Below, in pieces: positions 51,765 through 62,741 of a stretch of DNA of 64,000 nucleotides. The notes under the pieces are model-generated. The model was given only the letters and a program-made list of their open reading frames with translations, was not told the origin of the DNA and made no database searches. Position 1 is the first letter of the stretch. Each line of letters opens with the position of its first letter. This DNA comes from an uncultured Acidobacteriota bacterium (GTDB lineage Bacteria > Acidobacteriota > Thermoanaerobaculia > UBA5066 > Gp7-AA6), in assembly GCA_963764715.1 (NCBI GenBank), contig CAVXTP010000022.1:288001-352000 (forward strand). The letters run 5' to 3'. The position numbers were made by a program, and so were the translations under genes.

Positions 51765-51774
51765 CGCGCCGTCC

Positions 51775-53007
51775 CTGGCGGCCCTGCCGGCGGCGACGCG
51801 GCGCGCCGCGAGTTCGGCCGGCGCGCTGGCCCGGGAGCGGCGGCAGCGCGCCTGGCTCGTCGGCGGCGCCGTGCGGGACCTTCTCCTCCGGCGGCCGGTG
51901 CGGGACGCGGACCTCGCCGTCGAGGGCGACGCCGCGACGTTTGCGGGCGCGCTCGCCGCGAGGCTCGGCGCGGCCCCGACGATCCACGCCCGGTTCTCGA
52001 CGGCGACCCTCGAGCTGCCGGAGGGCGGCCGGCTCGACCTCGCCGGCACGCGGCGCGAGACCTACCCGCATCCGGGTGCGCTGCCCGTGGTCGAGAGCGG
52101 CGCCTCGATCGAGGCGGACCTCGCCCGCCGCGACTTCTCGATCCACGCCATGGCGGTCGAGCTCGCTCCGCGCGGACGTCTTCTCGATCCTTTCGGCGGC
52201 CGGGACGATCTCGCGCGCCGCCGCATCCGCTTCCTTCACCCGGCGTCGCCGGGGGACGATCCGACCCGGGCGCTTCGCGCGGTGCGCTACGCCGTGCGGC
52301 TGGGGTTCCGAATCGCTCCGGAGGCGCGGCGCCAGATCGCGGAGGCGATCGCGAGCGGGGCGTTCGACGCGGTGTCGGGCGACCGGCTGCGGCGGGAGCT
52401 CGCGCTGATCCTGTCGGAGCCGGAGCGCGCTCGGGCGCCGGCGCTCCTGCACCGCCTCGGCGTCGATCGCGCCGTCGCGCCGGGCCTCGCGCGCGCCGTC
52501 CGCGGCGCCGCGGGTCGCATCGCTCGCGCGTCGAGGCGGCTCGGTTCCCCCGAGGGCGCCGCGGCCGGGTGGGTCTGCTACCTTCTCGCCTGGATGGCGC
52601 ACTCCACGCCGCGCGACGTCCGCCAGGTCGCCGCCCGGCTCTCGGTCGCGGGCCGCGAAGGTCAGATCCTCCGCCGCTGGCCGCAATCGCGGCGACGGCT
52701 CACGCCGGGCCTCGCGGACCTCGCGCCGTCCAAGCGGCGGCGTCGCGTCGCCGGGCTCTCGGCCGAGGAGGTCTTCGCCGCGGCGTCGCTTCTCGGTGCG
52801 CGGGACGCACGGGCGCTCCTCGGCACCTTCGCGATGCGCGCCCCGGAGCTCGCCATTTCCGGCGCGGACCTCCTGTCGCGCGGCGTGCCGCCGGGGCCTT
52901 CCGTCGGTCGGGCGCTCGAGGCGACGCGCGCGGCCCGGGAGGACGGGAGGATCGACGCCGCCCGGGAGCTCGACTTCGCGCTCGCCGCGGCGAGGAGGCG
53001 CCGGTGA
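51775..53007 (+). CDS. Class II tRNA nucleotidyltransferase (CCA/A-adding family); start uncertain, probably CTG 51775
   Basis: WLVGGAVRD, DADL, RRETYPHPGALP, DLARRDFS, DDPTRALR. Confidence 0.82.
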   Translation: MAALPAATRRAASSAGALARERRQRAWLVGGAVRDLLLRRPVRDADLAVEGDAATFAGALAARLGAAPTIHARFSTATLELPEGGRLDLAGTRRETYPHPGALPVVESGASIEADLARRDFSIHAMAVELAPRGRLLDPFGGRDDLARRRIRFLHPASPGDDPTRALRAVRYAVRLGFRIAPEARRQIAEAIASGAFDAVSGDRLRRELALILSEPERARAPALLHRLGVDRAVAPGLARAVRGAAGRIARASRRLGSPEGAAAGWVCYLLAWMAHSTPRDVRQVAARLSVAGREGQILRRWPQSRRRLTPGLADLAPSKRRRRVAGLSAEEVFAAASLLGARDARALLGTFAMRAPELAISGADLLSRGVPPGPSVGRALEATRAAREDGRIDAARELDFALAAARRRR

Positions 53008-53651
53008 GCCCGGCTCTCGTGCTCGCCGCCGTCCTCGCGGCGACCCCCGTGCCGTCTCCCGGGCCCGGGCTTCCTGCCGGTCCGACGTTCTGCGCGGAGT
53101 GGATCCGGCAGTCGAACGAGGGCTACGACCGCCTGACCGTCTTTCGCGACGGCACGCTCGTCTGGAAGACGAGCCGCGGAGGTAAAGAGGAGGTCAAGCG
53201 GCAACGTCTCGCGGCGGCCGAGCTCGACTTCTACTGCGAGTTCTTCGCCCGGCCGGACCTCTGGACGATCCCGCCCGACCGGCGAACGGGGTTGTCGGGC
53301 GAGCTCGCCTCGTCCTCGGCCGTGACGCTGGTGCGGCCCAACGGAGACCGGCGGACGATCCGGTTCGACGACCTCTCGACGGACACCGCCGAGAGCTCGT
53401 CGCTTCGCTCGGCCCTCGAAGGCCTCAAGGGCCTCTTCCTGTCGCCGCTCGCGCCGGTGACGCGCTTCCACCCGGACCTGCTCCAGCCGGGGACCCTGCT
53501 CCGGCGATTCGACGGGGCGATCTTCCAGGTCCGCCGCCTCGAGAAGCAGTCGGGCTTCGTCGAGATCGTCGGCGTCACCGAGCCCTACTCGCAGTTTCTG
53601 AAGATCGAGGAGCTGCGGTTCCAATTCGCGCCCCCCGAAGCGAGGCCGTGA
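53004..53651 (+). CDS. Hypothetical secreted protein
   Basis: Signal peptide; GTGA overlaps at both ends. Confidence 0.6.
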   Translation: MSPALVLAAVLAATPVPSPGPGLPAGPTFCAEWIRQSNEGYDRLTVFRDGTLVWKTSRGGKEEVKRQRLAAAELDFYCEFFARPDLWTIPPDRRTGLSGELASSSAVTLVRPNGDRRTIRFDDLSTDTAESSSLRSALEGLKGLFLSPLAPVTRFHPDLLQPGTLLRRFDGAIFQVRRLEKQSGFVEIVGVTEPYSQFLKIEELRFQFAPPEARP

Positions 53652-54205
53652 GCCGCCGCCCGGCGCCGTCCCTGGTGCGAATCCTGGCCGGGGCCTGGAA
53701 GGGCCGCCGCCTCGACGTCCCCGAGGGGGCGCGCCCCACCTCGAGCCGCGCGCGGGCCGCGCTCTTCGATCTCCTCGGCCCGCATCGGGTCGCGGGCGCG
53801 CGCTTTCTCGACCTCTTCGCGGGAACGGGCGCGGTGGGCCTCGAGGCAGTCTCCCGCGGGGCCGGCGCCGCGGTCCTCGTCGAGGCCGACGCGGGGGCCA
53901 TCGGCCGGACGCTCGAGCGGCTCGGCGAGCCCGGAGAGCGGGTGCGCCTCGCCGCCGGGACGGCCGCCTCGGCGCTCGCCGCCCTCGAGCGGTCGGGGGA
54001 GCGGTTCGACGTGATTTTCGCGGATCCGCCGTACGAGCGGGGCGCCGACGGCGAGCTCGCCCGGGCGGCCGCCCTCCTGGCGCCCGGAGGCGTCCTCGTC
54101 GTCCAGACCGACGCCGGTCCGGCGCCGGCGCCGCCCCCCGGAATGAAGGCCCTGCGGGCCCGGGCCTACGGGCGTAACGTCTTCCATTTCTTCGAGATTC
54201 TTTGA
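53648..54205 (+). CDS. rsmD: 16S rRNA m2G966 methyltransferase
   Basis: RILAGAWKGRRL, RPT, LDLFAGTGAVGLEAVSRGA, FADPPY. Confidence 0.88.
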   Translation: MSRRPAPSLVRILAGAWKGRRLDVPEGARPTSSRARAALFDLLGPHRVAGARFLDLFAGTGAVGLEAVSRGAGAAVLVEADAGAIGRTLERLGEPGERVRLAAGTAASALAALERSGERFDVIFADPPYERGADGELARAAALLAPGGVLVVQTDAGPAPAPPPGMKALRARAYGRNVFHFFEIL

Positions 54206-54231
54206 CGGAGCGGTCCCGAAAATGCTAGCCT
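54202..54231 (+). promoter_or_regulatory. Sigma70-like promoter of metK-ahcY
   Basis: TTGACG - 18 nt - TAGCCT with extended TG. Confidence 0.55.
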
Positions 54232-54268
54232 TCGCGGTTTCGACGGGCGGCCGATCATCACAACCTGA

Positions 54269-56809
<2,541 letters not shown>

Positions 56810-56858
56810 CCCGCCGGCCTCCGCGTTCCCCCGCCGCCCGGGCGGGGGCGCCGCCGCC

Positions 56859-57704
56859 CTAGAACGTCAGGCGCGCGCCGATCCCGTCGTGGATCGGCAG
56901 GATCTCGATCTCCGTGCGGGTGCCCTCGTCCGCGCGGTGGCGACCGACGATGAAGCGCCCCACGGCGACGCCGATCGCGGCGCCGGCGAACACGTCCCCC
57001 ACGAAGTGCGCCTGGTCGTTGACCCGGTCGAAGGCGACGAGCGTCGCCAGCGTGTAGGCGACCGTCGGCACGATCCAGCCGTCGGTGCGCATGGCGATGA
57101 CGGAGGCGACCGCGAAGGCGACCGTCGCGTGCCCGGACGGGAAGGACTTGTACTCGTTCGTGAAGCCGTGAAAGATCGTCTGGCCGTCCGACTGCTCCGG
57201 CCGTTCCCGGCCGAAGGCCGGCTTCAGGACCGAGGTGAAGAGGCTCGCGAACGCGGCGGCCTCGAGGGCGTCGCGGCCCGTGTCGCGCATCTCCGGGTTG
57301 TGCGCGAGGAGTCCGCCCGCGACGAGCCCCCCGGAGATGGCCCAGGCGTAGCCGGCCCCGAAGCCGGTCGTGGCGTCCGAGATCGCGTCGGTCGTCGCGG
57401 AGCGACGGAGCTGGATGGCCTGGTAGGTCTGCTCGTCGGTCGCGATGAGGACGCCGAGCGCGGCGGCGAAGGCGGCGAAGCGCTCGAAGTCGGTGGTTCC
57501 CCAGTGCAGGGGGCTCGTGACCAGGGCCCCGCCGTCGGAGACGTACCGCTTCGCCTCGTCGAGGAGCGCCTTCCCGACGACCTCGGGGACGCCGGGGTCC
57601 GGCGAGCCTTCGGCCGCCGGGTCGTCGGCCGGGGCGGCGAGGGCCGCCGGCGACAGTCCGAGGAGGACCGCGAGGGCCGCGGCGAGAGCCCGGGAGCCCG
57701 TCAT
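56859..57704 (-). CDS. PAP2 family phosphatase with signal peptide
   Basis: KPAFGRERP (C1), SFPSGH (C2), RVNDQAHFVGDV (C3). Confidence 0.85.
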   Translation of the reverse strand: MTGSRALAAALAVLLGLSPAALAAPADDPAAEGSPDPGVPEVVGKALLDEAKRYVSDGGALVTSPLHWGTTDFERFAAFAAALGVLIATDEQTYQAIQLRRSATTDAISDATTGFGAGYAWAISGGLVAGGLLAHNPEMRDTGRDALEAAAFASLFTSVLKPAFGRERPEQSDGQTIFHGFTNEYKSFPSGHATVAFAVASVIAMRTDGWIVPTVAYTLATLVAFDRVNDQAHFVGDVFAGAAIGVAVGRFIVGRHRADEGTRTEIEILPIHDGIGARLTF

Positions 57705-59994
57705 GTCCGCACGCGCGCCAGGAAGTACGTCGCGGCGAGCCCGAAGATCACGTTGGGCGACCAGGCGGCGAGCGGCGGCGGCAGCGCGCCGACCTCGCCG
57801 AGCTTCGTGACGAAAGCGGACGCCACGAGCGTCAGGATCCCGAGGCCGAGCCCCAGCCCCACGCCCGCGAGCGCGCCCCGCCGGCCGACGCGGAAGGCGA
57901 ACGGCACCGCGAGGAGCACCATGACCGGAAGGAGCGCCGGCTGTGCGAGCTTCGCCTGGAGCGCGGTCTCGAGGCCCGAGGTCGGATAGCCGCCGGCCCG
58001 CAGGTGGCGGGTCAGCCGCTCGAGCTCGCGAAAGCGCATCTCCTCGGGCCGCCGGCGCGTGGCGACGATCGAAGCGGGGGGGTCGCCGGCGACGCGGTCC
58101 TCCGCGAAACGGCGGTACGGCGCGCCGCTGCCGCCTTCGAAGGAGCGGGTCCAGCCATCCTTCAGCGTCCACTGGCCGCCGCTCCAGATCGCCTCCCGGG
58201 CGTCGGTGCGGCTGGCCAGAGAGAAATCCGGGGCGAGTCGGAAGATCGCGACGCCGAGAAGGGCGTTGCGCGCGGAGACGCTCTCCTCGCGGAACCAGAT
58301 GCTCCCGTCCCGCGCGAGGTACCAGTTGCGCTCCGCCGCGGTCCGGATGCCGTAGTCCGGCGGGCGCCCGTAGATGACGTTTCGGAAGCGGGCCTGGCGC
58401 TGCTCGGCGAGCGGCAGGACGTACTCGCCGACGGCGAAGGCCAGCACGGCGAAGAGGCCGGCGGCGGCGAGGACCGGGAGGGCGAGCCGGAAGAGCGAAA
58501 CCCCCGAGGCGCGGAAGGCCGTGTCCTCGGCGTTCTTGGAGAGCACCCCGAGCCCGACGAGGGTCGCGAGCAGCACGGCGAACGGCGCGATCTGCACGGC
58601 GATCGAGAGGATGAAGTAGCGATAGTAACCGACGACGACCGCGGCCGGGGGATGGTGGCGCGCGACCTCGTCGAGCTTGTCGGCGTAGTCGACGACCACG
58701 GCGAGCAGGAGCGCCGAAGCGAACACGAGGCCGAGCGCCGAAAGGAAGCGGGCCAGCACGTAGCGATCGACGAGGGAGAGGAGCCCGAATCCGAACCGGG
58801 GGCCGGACGCCGCGGAGGCCCGGAACGCGCGCACGACGGTTCCCGCCCGGGGGGCTCGGCGATCGGCGGCCGCGGAGCGTGCGGCGCGCGGCCGGCCGGC
58901 TTCCAGAGCGCCGCGGCGACGCCGAGCGCGACGAGCAGGATGTTCGGCAGCCACATCGCGAGGGCCGGGGCGACCCGGCCTTCCTGCGCCCAGGTCTCGC
59001 CGCTCGAGAGCAGAAGGTAGTAGCCGAGCAGGATCGCGAGCGACAGGGCGAAGCTGCCGCCCCGGCCCCCGCGGCGCAGCGCCTGGGCCAGCGGAACGCC
59101 GACGAGGGCGAAGGCGAGGCACGCGACCGGGATGGCGAACTTCTTGTGGATCTCGACCCAGGCGAGGCGGCGGGTCTCGGGCGACGAAGGCATCTGGTGC
59201 GCGGCCTGCCAGAGCTCCGGGAGCGTCTGGGACCGGAGGCCCCGCTGGACGCGGACGGTCGCCCCGGGGGGCGGCGAGGATTCGCCGGCGAGGAGGAGCC
59301 GCTGCGTCTCGTTGCGGCTCGTCCGGTCGCGCGACGGGTCGGCTGAGTCGAGCTCGTGGACCGTGGACTGGAAGAGGTCGAGCCACAGCCGGTCGCCTTC
59401 GAGCGTCAGGCTGCCGCGCCGGGCGACGATGATCCGGTTGGGAGGCTCGGACTCGTCGCCGAGGCGGAGGAACACTCCCTCGAAGGACCGGCCGTCCGGG
59501 GCCGCGCGGTCGAAGAAGAAGGTGATGCCCGGCCGCGGCTCCCGGAACGTCCGGGGCGCGACGAGGTTGACGATGGAGGTCGTGGCGACGCGGACCATGG
59601 ACGCCTGGAGGGCCTCGTTGGCGGGAGGCAGCACCACGTTGTAGAGGACGAGCACCAGGACCGAGGCGGCCGCCGCGGCGCCGAGGACCGGGCGGTACAG
59701 GGCACCCGGTCCCACGCCACAGGAGCGCAGGGCGATGAGCTCCGAGTCCGTGTTGAGCCGGCCGAGGCCGACGAGGACCCCGAGGAGGAAGGCCATCGGT
59801 AGGGTCAGAACGACGATCCACGGCAGGGACAGGACGACGAGCCGCGCGACCTCGGTGAAGGGGGCGCTCCGGCGCACGGCGAAGTCCGCCAGCATGAAGA
59901 TCGTCCGGATGAGCAGGATGAACGTGTAGGCCGCGAACCCCAGGAGGAAGGGCGGCCAGATCTCGCGGAGGACCGACCGGGAGATGAGGCGCAT
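57701..59994 (-). CDS. lptF/lptG: LptF-LptG permease, apparently one fused gene broken by a single frameshift near 58850
   Basis: LptF half MRLISRSVLREI...ELIALRSCG...EIHKKFAIP...WLPN; LptG half LVDRYVL...AFRASGVS...AAWSPN in another frame; the LptF frame has no stop at the junction. Confidence 0.8.
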
Positions 59995-60059
59995 TCGGGT
60001 CGATAGTGCAGAGCGCGGAGGGGGTTTGTAAAGGACCGATCAGATCAGGCGAATATCGT

Positions 60060-60087
60060 ATTTTACATAATATATCTTATCGGACGC
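60060..60087 (-). other. dif-like XerCD recombination site
   Basis: Minus strand reads GCGTCCGATAA-GATATA-TTATGTAAAAT; E. coli dif is GGTGCGCATAA-TGTATA-TTATGTTAAAT; XerD arm matches 10/11; strongly AT-rich against the GC-rich background. Confidence 0.85.
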
Positions 60088-60541
60088 TGTGGGTCACGCG
60101 CTGGCTCTGCCGGATGAGCGTCGCGAGCATCGTGGCCACGACCGTTCCCTCGCTCGATCCGGTCCCGGGCGCCGCCAGGACGTCGGCCGCCGCCACGGTC
60201 AGGGTCCGCCCCGCGCGCAACACCCGGCCGCGGGCGACGAACCGCTCCCCGTCGGCCGGCCGGAGAAGGTTCAGCTTGAACTCGACCGAGAGCACCTCGC
60301 TGTCGGCGGGCATGAGCGTGTACGCCGCGTATCCGCACGCGCTGTCGGCGATCGCCGTCAGGACTCCGGCGTGGAGGTAGCCGTGCTGCTGCGTCAGGTC
60401 GGGCCGATGCCGCAGCGCGATGTCGACCTCGCCCGGCTCGACGCGCTCGAGCGAGGCGCCGAGGAGGCGCATGAGGGCCTGGGCGTCGAAGCTCTTCCGC
60501 ACGCGTGCGGCGAACTCGGGGTCGGAGGCCGCGAAGGTCAC
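60077..60541 (-). CDS. PaaI family thioesterase
   Basis: TQQHGYLHAG, DSACGYAA, SVEFKLNLLRPA, VLRAGRTL. Confidence 0.88.
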   Translation of the reverse strand: MTFAASDPEFAARVRKSFDAQALMRLLGASLERVEPGEVDIALRHRPDLTQQHGYLHAGVLTAIADSACGYAAYTLMPADSEVLSVEFKLNLLRPADGERFVARGRVLRAGRTLTVAAADVLAAPGTGSSEGTVVATMLATLIRQSQRVTHSVR

Positions 60542-60572
60542 GATCGGCCGGCGCTCTCGTCGTCGCGAGCCG

Positions 60573-61418
60573 CTACTTCTTCGTCAGCTCCAGCTCCCCG
60601 GACTCGAGCTGCTTCAGGACCCCGCGGAGAGCGTCGATGAGCTCGGCCTTCGCGACCCGGGACTTGTGGAACGAGATGTTCAACCGGAAGGGTCCGTCCT
60701 TGGGCGAGTAGACGAAGTGGAAGGCGCGCCGCTTGTCGGCGTCCCCGTCCTTCCCCTTCTTCTGCTCGCGCAGGTCGTCGCGCGTCGAGCCGGCGATCAC
60801 GGCGGCAATCGCCGCTTCCATCTTCCGGCGGTCGCCGAGTCGCGCGATCTCGAGGAGCACCGAGCGCGCGTCGATGTCGGCGCGCCGACATTTCTCTCGG
60901 AGGTCCTCCGGGATGTCGAGCAGCGACATCGCCTCCGTGATCGAGACGCGCGAGCGGCCGACGGCCGTCGCGACCTGCTGCTGGGTGTGGCCGTGCGTCT
61001 CGGCGAGCGCCGCGAAGCCCGCGGCCTCCTCGAACGGATGGAGGTCGCGACGGTGGAGGTTCTCGATCAGCGCGATCTCGAGGACCTCGTTGTCGGGGAC
61101 GTCGAGCTCGATGCACGGGACCTCGGCGAGCCCGGCTTCGAGGGCCGCGCGGAAGCGCCGCTCCCCCGCGATGATCCGGAACCGTCCGTCCGGCAGCGGC
61201 CGGACGAGGATGGGCTCGAGGACGCCCTTCGACTGGATCGACTTCTTGAGCTCGTCGAGGTCGCCCACGCTCCGGCGCGGCTGCTCCGGGTTCGTCTCGA
61301 TCTCCTCGATGGGCACCAGGCGCCCGATCGACGGGCCGAAGCGCTCGGAGAGCGAGTCGACGAAGTGGGCGTCGTGCTTCATGTGCGATTCCGCTGGCAG
61401 GCCGCGGCGTTTAGACAC
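60573..61418 (-). CDS. parB: ParB/Spo0J family partition protein
   Basis: Basic N-terminus SKRRGLP, NPEQPR, GVLEPILVR, IIAGERRFRA, ALIENLHRRDL, HTH. Confidence 0.85.
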   Translation of the reverse strand: MSKRRGLPAESHMKHDAHFVDSLSERFGPSIGRLVPIEEIETNPEQPRRSVGDLDELKKSIQSKGVLEPILVRPLPDGRFRIIAGERRFRAALEAGLAEVPCIELDVPDNEVLEIALIENLHRRDLHPFEEAAGFAALAETHGHTQQQVATAVGRSRVSITEAMSLLDIPEDLREKCRRADIDARSVLLEIARLGDRRKMEAAIAAVIAGSTRDDLREQKKGKDGDADKRRAFHFVYSPKDGPFRLNISFHKSRVAKAELIDALRGVLKQLESGELELTKK

Positions 61419-62166
61419 GGGAAAGGACCTCCTCGGAAAGGGAGTAATACTCCGCGGCGCCCGACGAGCGCGGCGCGAAGGTGAAGATCGACTCCTGGTG
61501 CGCGGGGCTCTCCTCCAGGCGCACGCTCTTGGAGATCGTCGTCTTGAAGATCTTCTTGCCGAAGACCCCGGCGATCTGCTTGTAGACGTCCTTGCCGAGC
61601 ACCGTCCGCTTGTCGTGGAGCGTGATGACGACACCCAGGATCTGGAGGTTGGGATTGGGCCGGGCCTTGATCTTGTCGATCGTCTCGAGCAGGTCGTCGG
61701 TGCCCTCGAGGGCGAAATAGGACGACTGGATCGGGATCAGGATGTGGCTCGAGGCGACCATCGCGTTGACCGTGATCATCCCGAGGGTCGGAGGCGTGTC
61801 GATCAGGATGGCATCGTAGGAGCGCCGGACCGCGTCGATCTTGTCCCGGAGCCGGAAGTGGCCGTCGATCTCCCCCAGCAGCTTCGACTCGAGCTTGGCG
61901 AGCGAGATCCGCGCCGGGGCGATGTCGAGGTTCTTCATTCCCGAGGGCCGGATGATGTCCTTGAGCTTGACTTCCGGGTCCGTCATGACGTCGAACATCG
62001 ACTTGTCGACCGTGCGCCGGTCGAGGTACGACATCGTGCTGTTGCCCTGCGGGTCGAGGTCGATCAGGAGGGTCTTCATGCCCTTCTGGGCCATGGCGGC
62101 CGCGAGATTGATCGCCGTGGTGGTCTTCCCGACTCCGCCCTTTTGATTGGTAATCGAGATGATCAC
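61411..62166 (-). CDS. parA: ParA/Soj family ATPase
   Basis: NQKGGVGKTTT, IDLDPQGN, IDTPPTLG, SVRLEESP. Confidence 0.9.
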   Translation of the reverse strand: MIISITNQKGGVGKTTTAINLAAAMAQKGMKTLLIDLDPQGNSTMSYLDRRTVDKSMFDVMTDPEVKLKDIIRPSGMKNLDIAPARISLAKLESKLLGEIDGHFRLRDKIDAVRRSYDAILIDTPPTLGMITVNAMVASSHILIPIQSSYFALEGTDDLLETIDKIKARPNPNLQILGVVITLHDKRTVLGKDVYKQIAGVFGKKIFKTTISKSVRLEESPAHQESIFTFAPRSSGAAEYYSLSEEVLSRV

Positions 62167-62251
62167 GCACCGGAGTATAGCTGTCGGAGATCCGCTGTCG
62201 ACTCTCCGCTTCCTCCGGCCGGGAGCGGACGGACGAGAGCCGGCGGCTCCC

Positions 62252-62731
62252 CTACATCCGGTACTTGCCGAGCTCGTCCGGGCTCGCTTCTTCGAGCCAC
62301 TTGCGGAGGCGGTCGGGGTCCTGGTCGGAGTCGGAGCGCAGGCTGCGGCTCTTCTCGAGGACGTCTTCCTCGACGAAGATCTCGGCCTGCGAGCGCAGGG
62401 CGAGCGCGATGGCGTCGCTCGGCCGGCTGTCGACCGAGAGCGAGGCGCCTCCGCGATTCAGGTGGATGCGGGCGAAGAAGGTGTTCTCGCGCAGGTCGTT
62501 GATCACGATCCGCTCGACCCGGGCGTCGAGCTCGGCGAGGAGGTTCTTGAGGAGGTCGTGGGTCATCGGGCGCGGGGTCGAGACCTTCTCCATCTCGAGG
62601 GCGATGGCGTTGGCCTCGAAGATCCCGACCCAGATCGGGAGGAAGTGGCCCTTTTCCAGGTCCCGCAGGATGACGACCGGCATGTTCGAGACCGGGTCCA
62701 TCAGGAGGCCCTTGATTTCCATCTTGATCAT
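62252..62731 (-). CDS. Bifunctional nuclease family protein (DUF151)
   Basis: [33 protein letters not shown]. Confidence 0.88.
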   Translation of the reverse strand: MIKMEIKGLLMDPVSNMPVVILRDLEKGHFLPIWVGIFEANAIALEMEKVSTPRPMTHDLLKNLLAELDARVERIVINDLRENTFFARIHLNRGGASLSVDSRPSDAIALALRSQAEIFVEEDVLEKSRSLRSDSDQDPDRLRKWLEEASPDELGKYRM

Positions 62732-62741
62732 GATCGGCACC

